DNA from: an uncultured Pseudomonadota bacterium
GTDB lineage: Bacteria > Oederibacteriota > Muellerivitia > Muellerivitales > Muellerivitaceae
Assembly: GCA_963770835.1 (NCBI GenBank)
Contig: CAVYRH010000003.1
Location: forward strand, 320,001-384,000
Reading direction: 5' to 3'
DNA length: 64,000 bases
In this document: piece after piece, positions 1-9,913 of the stretch
Layout of the letters: every line of letters starts with the position of its first letter
Position numbering within the stretch: position 1 is the stretch's first letter
Program-made: the position numbers and the translations under genes
The notes under the pieces: generated by a model
What the model was told of the DNA's origin: nothing
Databases searched by the model: none
Seen by the model: the letters and a program-made list of their open reading frames with translations, nothing else

Positions 1-1
1 T

Positions 2-1363
2 TTCAATCCGATCACTCTCCACAGCAGTTTCGGACTGGCGGTTGCCCGTCTGGGGGTTTCCAATATTCTTCAAACCCAGAACAATGTCCTGGCCCTTTCC
101 ACCTTTTCCGATGAGCAATGGCAAGGACTCTTAGGCTACGGTTTCCGCGCCGTGGAAGGTTTGGACGTCGGCGGTACCGTGAAATATGAATTCGAACAGC
201 TGGATTCCTATCAGGGTAGCGGAGTTGGATTGGATTTGGGCCTGCTTTACCACTTTTCGGATAACCCGCAGGATTTCAGCCAAATCGGCTATAAAAACAT
301 TACCCTGGGTTTTTCGGCCTCCAACGTGCTTCAGCCTCAAACCAAACTTTTCGAGGATCCCAGCGTTCCTTTAAGAGTCTATCGCCCCGCCCTCTCCTAC
401 CTTTACCGGTTTCCCTCCTCCACTAGCGAGCTTTGGTTGACCACCGAAGGGGAGGTGCAGGACGGCGGAACCAACCTCGTCAAAGGCGGGATGGAGTACG
501 GCTGGAACCAAACGGTCTTCGCGAGGGCGGGTTTCGACGGTGTGAGCCCGACGGTGGGCGTGGGTCTGCGGTTATCGGATTTTCAACTGGATTATGCCTT
601 TAACGAGCGCGATTTAGGCGCACTCCACCGTTTTTCATTGAGCTATCGTTTCGGGCGTTACATCGATCCCCTTCAAACTCAAAAGCTCGATCTTTTGAAA
701 TCGGTGGCCCGTGGTTATACGGCGGCAAAGGATTATGACCCCGCCATCAAAGCTTGGGAGGATGTATTGAAGGAATTTCCCGATGATGGCGAAGCATCCC
801 GTTCGCTCCAGGATCTTCAACGAAAACGCAAAAATGCCGTCCAAGACCAACTGGATCTTGCGCGTTCCGCTATGAGCCGAGGAGACTTTGAGAAAGCCCT
901 GCCCTATATTGCAAAGGTCCTTAGCCTGGACCCCAGTAATAAGGGTGCCAAAGAACTCCTGAAGCAGGTCGATCAAAAAACCCTGATCTCCTCCAATTAC
1001 ACGCGAGGAGTGGAAGCTTATAGCCAAGAAGATTTTGGGCTGGCGGTTCAATATCTTCAGACGGTTTATGAGGTGGACCCTCATTACCGAGACGTGGAAC
1101 ATCTCTACCATGACGCCCAAAGTTATTATCAACCTTTGCAAACCATGCCCAAGGAATTAACGGCCCTCTACGCCAAGGGAGTGGATTATTATATGAATGG
1201 CGAATACCAGAAAGCCATCGACGCCTGGGAGAGTCTGTTGGAAAAAAATCCTAAAAATTATCTAGTGCGCCGAAATATCGAGGAAGCGAAAACCCGTCTC
1301 AGTGAAAAGGCTCCGCCCCACCCTGCGGTTTCCTCTGGCAACAAATCGGGGGATAGGCCTTGA
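2..1363 (+). CDS. PorV/PorQ-like outer-membrane beta-barrel fused to C-terminal TPR repeats (5'-truncated by the window edge)
   Basis: The frame is open from base 2. Barrel-like strands (GVGLDLGLLY, GMEYG...ARAG, FQLDYAF...LGALHRFSLSYRFG) are followed by TPR helices (AIKAWEDVLKEFP, YQKAIDAWESLLEKNP). Confidence 0.7.
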   Translation, partial: FNPITLHSSFGLAVARLGVSNILQTQNNVLALSTFSDEQWQGLLGYGFRAVEGLDVGGTVKYEFEQLDSYQGSGVGLDLGLLYHFSDNPQDFSQIGYKNITLGFSASNVLQPQTKLFEDPSVPLRVYRPALSYLYRFPSSTSELWLTTEGEVQDGGTNLVKGGMEYGWNQTVFARAGFDGVSPTVGVGLRLSDFQLDYAFNERDLGALHRFSLSYRFGRYIDPLQTQKLDLLKSVARGYTAAKDYDPAIKAWEDVLKEFPDDGEASRSLQDLQRKRKNAVQDQLDLARSAMSRGDFEKALPYIAKVLSLDPSNKGAKELLKQVDQKTLISSNYTRGVEAYSQEDFGLAVQYLQTVYEVDPHYRDVEHLYHDAQSYYQPLQTMPKELTALYAKGVDYYMNGEYQKAIDAWESLLEKNPKNYLVRRNIEEAKTRLSEKAPPHPAVSSGNKSGDRP

Positions 1364-3759
1364 ATCTCTACGAATTCTTCACCCGGATTGTTTCCCACAT
1401 TCCCTTGGAACCCAAGCGGAGAAACTACCGCTTGGAGGTGGAAGCCAAGGATATTGAGCTTCTGACCATCAAGGACTTCGTCCAGCGAGTCTGCGACGCC
1501 GCCGGTTGTACCCCGAAGGAAACCTCCAACATCAAGCTGGCCATTGACGAGGCTTGCAGCAACATCATTCGGCACGCTTACAAGGGAAAGGAAGGCGGGA
1601 AGATTACGCTGGAGATGGGGATCGGCTTCACGGACCTGAAAATAAAGATTATCGATTACGGCACTCCGTTTGATTTCAGGAGCGTCAAGGACCCCGATCT
1701 CAACCATTACGTCGATATCGGGAAAAAAGGCGGCTTAGGCATTTGGCTTATCAAAAAGGTCATGAATCGGGTCCAATATAAGTCCTACCAGGACCGCAAT
1801 GAGCTAATCCTTTCTCGCCGACTCTCGAAGGCACCCCCCAAGGAACTGGGCCTCAAGAAGGGAACTTATTCAGTTTCGGCAAAGTTCTCCTTGGGCTCCG
1901 CCGTCCTGGTTATATTGATTACCCTTACGGCTTATTTTTACCTGATCAACCGCCAGCAAACCTTCACTCTCAACCAGCAAAAGAGCAAAGTTACCACTTT
2001 ACTCCAGGCCATCGCCGCTGATGCGGGGAGCCCTGTCGTCCTAAAAAATGACTTGGAACTGAACCACCTTATCCGGGAAGTGCAGGAGGAAGACAAGGAA
2101 AGAGTCTTGAGTTACGTCTTTATCGTCGGAAGTGAAGGGAAATACCTTGCCCATTCCGATTTAAGCCAGCTTTTTAAACCTTACAAACCACTTCCGGGAG
2201 TTCAAATTAAACGAGTTTCAGGTGTTCAAATTTTCCGAATTTCCGCTGACGAAGGGCCCCTGACGGATTATGCCTCCGTCGTTTTTTTCCGAAGTCAGGC
2301 AGTTGGCGAGGTTCATGCGGGTGTCACGGATGAGTCCCTGCACCAGTTGAACACCCGGATTAGGGCCGATATACAAAGGTTAATGTTGTGGATCGCCGTT
2401 ATCAGCATTGCGGGGTTGTACCTTCTTTCCCGAATCTTCATCCGGCCTTTCCAGAAGATACTGGAAGGCATCCAGGCCGTAAGCCAGGGAGACCTCAACG
2501 CAAAGATCGAGGTGGAAAGCCAGGATGAATTCGGCCTATTGGCCAAGATTTTTAACGAAATGACGGTCAAAATCCAGGATTCCCAGGTCGGGCTTGTGGA
2601 ACAGGAACGCCTCCAAAAGGAAATGCAGGTGGCTCAGGAAATCCAACATACCCTTTTGCCCGCCTCCTTCCCCCAAATAGAGGGTTATGAGATCGGGGCC
2701 ACCTACCGGGCGGCTAAGGAAGTGGGCGGTGACTATTACGACTTTTTTTGGGTGGATCCCACGACTTTGGGCATCGTGGTAGCGGACGTTTCGGGCAAAG
2801 GCGTCCCAGGATCTCTCGTCATGACCATGATTCGTACCGCCATGAGGCTGGAAGCCCGGGGAAACTGGTCGGCCTCTGATGTGTTGGCAAAGGTCAACCA
2901 ACATGTCACCTCCGACATGAAGCGGGGCATGTTCGTAACCATGTTTTACATTATTTTGGATTCCCGGGATCGTTCCATTAATTTTGCCAGCGCGGGGCAC
3001 AACCCGATGATCCTCTATCGGGAAAAAACTAAAGAGGTTTATTTCCTCAAGCCCAAAGGTTTCCCGGTTGGAATCGATCTTCCGGAAGCAGATATGTTCG
3101 TCAAAAACATGACTCTCCAGAAAGTCAGTCTTGAAAAAAATGATATGCTCATCATCTATACGGATGGTATTACGGAAGCCATGAACCCCGAGAAAGAGCA
3201 GTTCGGAGAAGAAAGGCTTATCCGCCTCATTAAAGAGAACTCGACTCTCACCCCGGCCGAGTTTGTGGAAAGACTGAATGAGGCGATTGCCCAGTTTACC
3301 CGTGGGGCCGAACAGAATGATGACATCACCGTCGTCGCCATCAAAGAAAAAATGAAAGTGGAGCAGGTGGAATACAAATTCCGGAAGAAATTGATCGATT
3401 TGGTCGAGAAGAAAGGAATGTCAATCGCGTCGGCCTGCCGTCAGATGAACATTTCGCCTAAAACTTATTACCGGTATAAAAAACTTTTTGATGAGAAAGG
3501 AAGAGCGGGATTGAAACCGGTTTTATCCAAGCGGACGGGGTTGATGGAGCTTTCTCAACCTCAGCAACAGGCGGTTCTGGCCCTCGTGAGGGAGCATCCT
3601 GAATACAATTCGAAACGAATCACGGAAGAGATTGGGAAAAGCACTACCCCTCCCCAAAAAGTGGAACACCGACTGGTCCTGGCCTTTTTAAAACGAAAGG
3701 GCTTGCAGGATTTGAAGGCGCGAAAAGCCCTTGAGGTCAACGAGGTTGACAGGGTCTAA
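1360..3759 (+). CDS. Membrane partner-switching regulator: RsbW-like HATPase, TM-sensor-TM, HAMP, SpoIIE/PP2C phosphatase and C-terminal HTH
   Basis: LAIDEACSNIIRHAY, IIDYGTPFD and GGLGIWLI (anti-sigma kinase); two TM segments; QDEFGLLAKIFNEM (HAMP); VGGDYYDF, ADVSGKG, SAGHNP, YTDGITEA and QNDDIT (PP2C); SIASACRQMNISPKTYYRY (HTH). Confidence 0.85.
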   Translation: MNLYEFFTRIVSHIPLEPKRRNYRLEVEAKDIELLTIKDFVQRVCDAAGCTPKETSNIKLAIDEACSNIIRHAYKGKEGGKITLEMGIGFTDLKIKIIDYGTPFDFRSVKDPDLNHYVDIGKKGGLGIWLIKKVMNRVQYKSYQDRNELILSRRLSKAPPKELGLKKGTYSVSAKFSLGSAVLVILITLTAYFYLINRQQTFTLNQQKSKVTTLLQAIAADAGSPVVLKNDLELNHLIREVQEEDKERVLSYVFIVGSEGKYLAHSDLSQLFKPYKPLPGVQIKRVSGVQIFRISADEGPLTDYASVVFFRSQAVGEVHAGVTDESLHQLNTRIRADIQRLMLWIAVISIAGLYLLSRIFIRPFQKILEGIQAVSQGDLNAKIEVESQDEFGLLAKIFNEMTVKIQDSQVGLVEQERLQKEMQVAQEIQHTLLPASFPQIEGYEIGATYRAAKEVGGDYYDFFWVDPTTLGIVVADVSGKGVPGSLVMTMIRTAMRLEARGNWSASDVLAKVNQHVTSDMKRGMFVTMFYIILDSRDRSINFASAGHNPMILYREKTKEVYFLKPKGFPVGIDLPEADMFVKNMTLQKVSLEKNDMLIIYTDGITEAMNPEKEQFGEERLIRLIKENSTLTPAEFVERLNEAIAQFTRGAEQNDDITVVAIKEKMKVEQVEYKFRKKLIDLVEKKGMSIASACRQMNISPKTYYRYKKLFDEKGRAGLKPVLSKRTGLMELSQPQQQAVLALVREHPEYNSKRITEEIGKSTTPPQKVEHRLVLAFLKRKGLQDLKARKALEVNEVDRV

Positions 3760-3808
3760 AAGGCCAGTGATAATAAAGCCGCTATCGGCCCTAATTTTCG
3801 GAGGAAGC

Positions 3809-4171
3809 ATGGAAAATATTTCGGTTAATATTTCGGAGCATCCGCAAAACAAGGATATCACGCTTCTTTCCGTTAAAGGGTTCATTGATACGACCACAGC
3901 TCCGGAATTCGAAAAAAAATTCCTTTCGCTATTGGGAGAAAAAAAGTTCAAGCTGGTGGTGGATTTGAAGGATGTGAATTATATCAGTAGCGCTGGCTGG
4001 GGGATTTTTATCAGTGAAATCAAGCGTATCCGCAACCAAAAGGGTGATTTGGTGTTGGTGGGCATGAATCCGGAAGTTTCGGAGGTTTTCGAACTTTTGG
4101 AATTTAATACGATATTGAAATCGTTCCCGAATGTTGAGGCGGCAATTAAAAAGGGGTTCGAGAAAGCCTGA
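3809..4171 (+). CDS. STAS-domain anti-sigma factor antagonist (RsbV/SpoIIAA-like)
   Basis: GFIDTTTAPEFE...LVVDLKDVNYISSAGWG, with the phosphoacceptor Ser. GGAGG RBS before the ATG at 3809. Confidence 0.9.
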   Translation: MENISVNISEHPQNKDITLLSVKGFIDTTTAPEFEKKFLSLLGEKKFKLVVDLKDVNYISSAGWGIFISEIKRIRNQKGDLVLVGMNPEVSEVFELLEFNTILKSFPNVEAAIKKGFEKA

Positions 4172-4264
4172 ACCCGTAAAACGGGGACGAGTTATAACGA
4201 CCCGGGACAAGCCGGTTTTTGCGGCACCGGGCGAAGGATTTGAAGATCCGGAACTTGGAAAATA

Positions 4265-5401
4265 ATGGAATCGGCAGCTTTAACCTCCCTCATTGAAATT
4301 GAGGGAAAAAACTTTACCTTGGAGACATCGCCCATTACGGGGAAAAACCGCATTTCCTCCCTTGTTCAGCTGGGTGGAAGGGCCATTTCCCTTCGGGAAG
4401 TCGAACTGCCTGAGGGATTGGATGATGATTCCCTTAAGCGCTATTTGCAGGAAACCCACCGAATCCGCTCGGTGGAGCTAGAATCCCTTTTTCGCCTGAA
4501 TAAGAAGATTGACGAAAAACCTACGGCGGATGCCTGCTGGAAAATTGGAGTTATCTTTCTCTCTAATGGTTTCTACGAAGACTCCCGCCAGAAATTCCTC
4601 AAAGCCATTGAGCAAGACCCCCGCCACCTACAAGCGATTAAAAACTACGGGATTGCTTTGACCCTTATGGAGGATTATGACGGCGCCTTTGCCAGCCTTA
4701 ATCAGGCCCGTGAGTTGGGTCCATCTTTTGCCGATATTTATTACCACCTTGGAAACACCCACTTATATAAACGTGAGCTTGATGAGGCTGTTCAAGGCTA
4801 TCTCCAGGCTCTTCAAATCAACCCACGTTACGCGGATGCCCGCTTAAGACTGGCCACTGCCTGTGTAGGTTATCTGGCGCAATCTTCCAATCAGCTGGAG
4901 GGAGGGAAGGTTTTGGAGCTTTCCGAAAGGGCGAAAACTGAAGCCGAGACAGCGGCAACTTTAAACCCCAAGGTTCGAAACAGGGCTTATTTGATGGCGA
5001 TGGATTATCTTCGAAACAAGAAATATTCCCAAGCATTCCAGGCTTTTATTGAGGTCCGCCCTAAATATGTTCCTCGAATCGGCGATGAAATCATCTTTTT
5101 CTTTACGTTAACACTTTTATATGGAAGTGAAGGAATCGACCTTCAAATGACAGAGCAATACATCGATAAATTGACGAAGGTAATCGAAGAATACCCGCAT
5201 TATGCCGACCTGCATCACCATTTGGGGACCGCTTATCTGATCAAGTGCCGTTTTGATGTGAGCCGGTCTTTGAAAGAATTCAAGAAAGCCTTGGAAATCA
5301 ATCCCCAGTTTCAGAAGGCCTTAGGGAATTCGGCGGACACGGAGGACCTTCATAAAAAGGTTCTGATAGTCTTAAAAAAGGCAATTATACCGCAGGGTTA
5401 A
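4265..5401 (+). CDS. Tetratricopeptide repeat protein
   Basis: Repeated P-x-YAD-x-H/Y-x-x-LG...ALEINP motifs. Confidence 0.85.
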   Translation: MESAALTSLIEIEGKNFTLETSPITGKNRISSLVQLGGRAISLREVELPEGLDDDSLKRYLQETHRIRSVELESLFRLNKKIDEKPTADACWKIGVIFLSNGFYEDSRQKFLKAIEQDPRHLQAIKNYGIALTLMEDYDGAFASLNQARELGPSFADIYYHLGNTHLYKRELDEAVQGYLQALQINPRYADARLRLATACVGYLAQSSNQLEGGKVLELSERAKTEAETAATLNPKVRNRAYLMAMDYLRNKKYSQAFQAFIEVRPKYVPRIGDEIIFFFTLTLLYGSEGIDLQMTEQYIDKLTKVIEEYPHYADLHHHLGTAYLIKCRFDVSRSLKEFKKALEINPQFQKALGNSADTEDLHKKVLIVLKKAIIPQG

Positions 5402-5483
5402 AAATATTCATTCCTTGTAATCTGCGGTAGGTGGCTGGGGCGTAAAAGTATCCTGTTCAAAATTCCGCCCGCTATAGCGAGCT

Positions 5484-5867
5484 TTAAGATTCAGAGGGAG
5501 AGGATAAGGAGTAATTGGTTTCCAGAAAATGAATGTGCTCAGGGGTTACTTTCTCGAAGTTGACTCCATAAGCGAAGCGCCCCATCGATTTCATTGGGTT
5601 CTTTCGTGCCCAAACCACTTTTCCCAGGTAAATGACTGAATGGCTGCCATCGAGCGAATCTAATTCCAATGAGACGCCCGTGTTGTTGTCAATGGCTTTA
5701 TTCGAGTAAATCTGGGCCCCGGTGAAGCTGACATTAACCAATTGGGCGCGGAAAATATTACCGTCACTGGCGGTATTGGCAACCCGCCCCTTGATGGATT
5801 TGACCATCACCACTCGCCGGTTTGTCCTCTTGTTATTTTTATTTTGAGGACGAATAATTTTTTTCAT
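5484..5867 (-). CDS. PilZ domain protein
   Basis: KRTNRR (RxxxR), NVSFTGA (D/NxSxxG), GKVVW and YGVNF. Confidence 0.8.
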   Translation of the reverse strand: MKKIIRPQNKNNKRTNRRVVMVKSIKGRVANTASDGNIFRAQLVNVSFTGAQIYSNKAIDNNTGVSLELDSLDGSHSVIYLGKVVWARKNPMKSMGRFAYGVNFEKVTPEHIHFLETNYSLSSPSES

Positions 5868-5992
5868 TAAGGAATTTTCCCTTCAAGATTTGGCGGCTTT
5901 CTTAGCATAACATCACCATCCGGGCTTGCGGCAACAAAACGGTTTTTAAGGAATAAGTCGAAACGGTAAAAAAATAGCAAGGATTAGCTGGC

Positions 5993-7468
5993 ATGTCAAA
6001 GGTTCGAGTCAGATTCGCTCCAAGTCCTACCGGGTACCTTCATGTGGGAGGGGCCCGAACGGCATTATTTAACTGGCTTTTTGCGCGCCACCATGGCGGA
6101 AAATTCATTCTTCGCGTCGAGGACACGGACCGGGAAAGATCCAAGCCCGAATATGAGGAAGCTATTATCCGGGACCTTCAATGGTTGGGCCTCGATTGGG
6201 ACGAAGGACCTTCCTTGGGAGGAACTTTTGGGCCTTACCGTCAGACGGAACGTGGACCCCTTTATCGCGAACAGTTAAAAAAGCTTATCAATTCGGGTCA
6301 CGCCTATCCTTGTTTTTGTACTTATAAAGAACTGGAGGGCGAGAGACACAATGCCCAGGCCCTGGGCAAAAACTATCGTTATTCTGGGAAGTGTCGGAAC
6401 CTTACGGAGGAAGAAGCGGAAACAAAACGGAAAGCGGGAATGCCCTTTTCCGTCCGCCTCAAGATCCTAGAGGGGGTGACGACTTTCTCCGACATCATTC
6501 GAGGCGTTGTGACGGTTGATCACTCGGAAATCGACGACTTCATCCTGGTGCGAAGTGGCGGGGAACCAACATATAATTTCGTGGCGACTGTGGATGACGC
6601 GTTAATGGAAATGACCCATGTCATTCGCGGAGACGACCACCTTTCCAACACCCCCAAACAAATCCTCGTTTATCAGGCCCTGGGCCTGACGCCACCCCAG
6701 TTTGCCCATATTCCTTTGATCCTGGGATCCGATCGAACGCCTCTTTCTAAACGACATGGAGCCAATTCGGTAGGGGAGTTCAAACGACAAGGATATCTGC
6801 CTGAGGCGATGATGAATTATCTTGCCCTCTTGGGCTGGTCTTTCGATGGAAAAACCGACATTTTCTCGAAGGACGAGCTGATTCGCCGGTTTACCTTGGA
6901 AAGGGTCGTCAAAAGTCCGGCTTGTTTTGATTTCGAGAAGCTTCAATGGCTTAATGGCCACTACATCCGGGAAGCGGATGAAGAACGAATCTTCCAGCTC
7001 TGCTTGGAATATCTCTGGGACGCTGACGCCATTGACGCGAATTTCATGAGGGAGGGTGGTCAGGCCCTTCGAAGAATGGTGGGGACGATCAAAAACAGCT
7101 TGAAAACAATCTCGGATGTGGGGGAACAACTTACCTATTTCCTGGGAGAGGTTCATTCCTACGATCCCCAAGGATTGGCTAAATACATGACTCCTGAAAC
7201 GATCCCCCTTTTGGAACAGGTTGTTTGGATATTGGAAGAGTCGTTCGACTTCAATGCTATGAGCCTAGAGGAGAAATTGAGGAAGAAAGCCGCCGAAACC
7301 GGACACAAATTCGCCGATTTCGTGCATCCAATGCGATTGGCAATAACGGGTAAAACCACTAGTCCTAATTTGTTTGAGCTTATTGAAATATTGGGAAAAG
7401 GTCGTTGTATTGTTCGTTTGATGCGTTTTATACAATTGATTAAACATTCTGGAATTCCGGCTGTTTGA
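5993..7468 (+). CDS. gltX: Glutamate--tRNA ligase
   Basis: RVRFAPSPTGYLHVGG, EDTD, THVIRGDDH and PLSKRHG. Confidence 0.97.
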   Translation: MSKVRVRFAPSPTGYLHVGGARTALFNWLFARHHGGKFILRVEDTDRERSKPEYEEAIIRDLQWLGLDWDEGPSLGGTFGPYRQTERGPLYREQLKKLINSGHAYPCFCTYKELEGERHNAQALGKNYRYSGKCRNLTEEEAETKRKAGMPFSVRLKILEGVTTFSDIIRGVVTVDHSEIDDFILVRSGGEPTYNFVATVDDALMEMTHVIRGDDHLSNTPKQILVYQALGLTPPQFAHIPLILGSDRTPLSKRHGANSVGEFKRQGYLPEAMMNYLALLGWSFDGKTDIFSKDELIRRFTLERVVKSPACFDFEKLQWLNGHYIREADEERIFQLCLEYLWDADAIDANFMREGGQALRRMVGTIKNSLKTISDVGEQLTYFLGEVHSYDPQGLAKYMTPETIPLLEQVVWILEESFDFNAMSLEEKLRKKAAETGHKFADFVHPMRLAITGKTTSPNLFELIEILGKGRCIVRLMRFIQLIKHSGIPAV

Positions 7469-7605
7469 GGATAGACAGCTTATTGTGGTTCCGTTGATTT
7501 TTATGGTTGTGGGTTAAAATAGGGTTTGGGACAATTCTCGGTGTCTTCTAAAATTCAGGATGAGCGAATAAGAAAAGCACAACGGTTCTTTGAAAGGAAC
7601 AAGGC

Positions 7606-8175
7606 ATGTCCAACCAAATCATAGATTTCGTCTTTCAACGGGGGGAAAAAAAGGGACGTTTGAGGGCCGTTAGCCGGAAAGATTGGGCTCAAATCGTGGG
7701 TTGGTGGAACGATCCGGAGGTGCGTCGTCTTTTCGACGTGCATTTTGTCGACCAGACTTTCTCCGATGCGGAGAAATGGTTCGCCAAATCGGGATCTGGC
7801 GAGGATGAGAAGCCCCCGCGGTCCTTTGTTATTGAGGTCGAGGATGAAGGAAAATGGCTTCCTGTCGGCACCGCGGAATTTTACAGCGAACGCCCTTTTC
7901 ACAAGACCGCTGAGTTTGGGTTCTTGATTGGAGACAAGAAATGGTGGGGAAAAGGTATTGGAACGGAAACCGCTAAGCGCATGGTTCAATACGGCTTGGA
8001 CCAGTTGGGCTATAAGCGCATTGGTGCGGTTTCAGCCGCATATAATGTTCGTTCCCTCAACGCTCTTCAAAAAGCCGGGTTCCAAATCGAAGGAATCCGC
8101 AAGAGCTATGTTTTCCGCGATGGCGAACATCATGACCAAACGATGATGTCGATCGTCCGGCCGGATTCAAATTAG
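7606..8175 (+). CDS. GNAT N-acetyltransferase (RimJ/RimL-like)
   Basis: IGDKKWWGKGIGTE, N...LQKAGFQIEG...R and DG..HD motifs. Confidence 0.85.
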   Translation: MSNQIIDFVFQRGEKKGRLRAVSRKDWAQIVGWWNDPEVRRLFDVHFVDQTFSDAEKWFAKSGSGEDEKPPRSFVIEVEDEGKWLPVGTAEFYSERPFHKTAEFGFLIGDKKWWGKGIGTETAKRMVQYGLDQLGYKRIGAVSAAYNVRSLNALQKAGFQIEGIRKSYVFRDGEHHDQTMMSIVRPDSN

Positions 8176-8296
8176 TTTTACCCTAGAAATTTGAAAATAG
8201 AGGCAGGAACTTTCAGCCCTGTCCCGTTCATTTTCTTCCATTGGAGATTTTCAGTTTTGTGTTACAATCCCCGTCTTTCCATCGTTTTTTTCTGAT

Positions 8297-8370
8297 TGGG
8301 AGATCGTCTAATGGTAGGACAGCAGATTCTGGATCTGCTTATCTTGGTTCGAATCCAAGTCTCCCAGCCA
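8297..8370 (+). tRNA. tRNA-Gln (anticodon CTG)
   Basis: Acceptor stem TGGGAGA/TCTCCCA, anticodon arm GCAGA-TT-CTG-GA-TCTGC, T-loop GGTTCGAATCC and encoded CCA. Confidence 0.96.
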
Positions 8371-8380
8371 ATAAACCAAT

Positions 8381-8410
8381 AAAACCCAGCTTCTCAGGAA
8401 GCTGGGTTTT
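8381..8410. terminator. Intrinsic terminator (probably bidirectional) after tRNA-Gln
   Basis: Hairpin AAAACCCAGCTTC-TCAG-GAAGCTGGGTTTT. Confidence 0.85.
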
Positions 8411-8500
8411 ATTATTTAGGAACAGAAAACTAAAACATGTTGGGAAGCTAAAAATTAAAATCTTTTCTCTTTTTTCTTAAAGAAAACTGAAATTTTGTCC

Positions 8501-9612
8501 TCATAACCACCCATAATCCATAAGAATCTTCTGAAGCTGAGCATCGTGCGTGGATACTGGGGGAAGCCAAAGGCCCAATTAGGTCCGCTACCACCATTGC
8601 CCATTTGGGTGGTTCAAAGGAGCGAACCGGTACCGGAAAAGGCGGATTCGCAAATGGGGTGGCGTTTCACTGAGAAATGGGTTGTTCACCAAGAGAACTC
8701 AATATCCTGGATCGTTGTGGAGAGTTTCCAGGCCAAGTTGAAGACCCAGGAATATTGGGATGATTCGGACATGGTGACGAATCAGATTTGCCAGTCTTGG
8801 CGGTACTGGTAGTGCGCACAGAAGCAGAGTTTTCGATAGAGATTCCCCGGCTGGCATTTAAAATTGTAAACCTTCCAGTTCGTTTTACCGGTTAATACCT
8901 GGTCAGAGGCCCCTTCCATTACCAACTGAAGCCGTTCCCGTCCGGGCTCAAAGGCTCCGTAGGTATTCACTAAATGAAGAGGATTAAAGGAAGTATTCAT
9001 CATTTGGGAGGGGGGACGAGATTCAGAACGGGGTGATGCTAAAGAAAACACAAGGACGGTCAAAGCCCAAGGAATCTTTTGAGCAATTCGGAGGATAAGC
9101 CAACGGAAAAGCCATATGACTTGTATTGGTGGAGATGTTTTGGGAAGGGGTAGACCATCGACCAAGGGGACAAGAAAAACCGCAAGGAAGCCTGTTTCCA
9201 ACAACTGAATTTCCCGCCCCAATACCAGTCCTGTCCAACATTGACGAAAGATAAGTCGATAAGTATAGAACCTAGAGAACGATCAAAAGAATTCCATTGG
9301 TACTCCTCCAAAAAACAACCAGGGAGAGGAACGCGTCGATCCAAGCGGTGATGACCATCAGGCTGTCGGAATGGCCAAACAAAATTAGGATTGGTAAATG
9401 GGGGACAGCAGGAATTAAGGAACCCGATTCAAGTTCGACGTGAGAAAAAAAGGGAAGCGGGTATTAATCCCCTTTCTCCGATTAAAGGCTTCAATTGTTG
9501 GGCAAGTGAAAGATTAGGTGATGAAATAGACCAAGTCCAAGCGCCGCAAAATCATGAACTGGGTTGGCTGGTAGATAGGTCGGTGGGAAATTGTGTCTAA
9601 GTTTTTTTCCAT
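8501..9612 (-). pseudogene. Lipase maturation factor (LMF) family pseudogene
   Basis: Fragments in different frames: AQQLKPLIGERGLIPA, LSFVNVGQDWY, EIQLLETGFLAVFL..VIWLFRWL, MNTSFNPLHLVNTYGAF, YNFKCQPG..YQYRQDWQI*F, NNPF..YRF..GQWW*. Multiple stops and frameshifts plus a central deletion. Confidence 0.85.
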
Positions 9613-9913
9613 GTGTCCCAAATTTTATAATTTAGATGGGTGAAAGTAATCGTCGAACACTTTGAGTTTAATGTGAAACTTATTCTGCCCAAATAAGCGT
9701 TGATAATGAGGCTTATTTGGGGGAAAAGTGATATATTTTTCTATGTAGAAAACGCTTTTTTACCTTTCTATCAAAGCCCCGACTAAACAGGACTTTGAAC
9801 TTTACCAACACTTTACTTGCATCGTTTTTTGGTACCAGGCGGTTGAATAAATTGGAAAGAAAAATATCCCCCAAAAACAACTGGGTTAACAGCTTTAAGC
9901 GCTGAAGGGGAAA

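Noticed and set aside
3380..3759. Active IS element
   Set aside because: Only an HTH region in frame with the phosphatase; no DDE domain or terminal repeats were seen.
8782..8784. TGA at a conserved Trp position suggesting an alternative genetic code
   Set aside because: The same gene has TAG/TAA stops and frameshifts, and intact genes (e.g. gltX, pepA, serC) end in TGA.
9613..9913. Riboswitch upstream of the expansin-like gene
   Set aside because: Only one inverted repeat (CCCAAATAAGC/GCTTATTTGGG, about 9688-9721) was seen; it does not match any riboswitch consensus I know.
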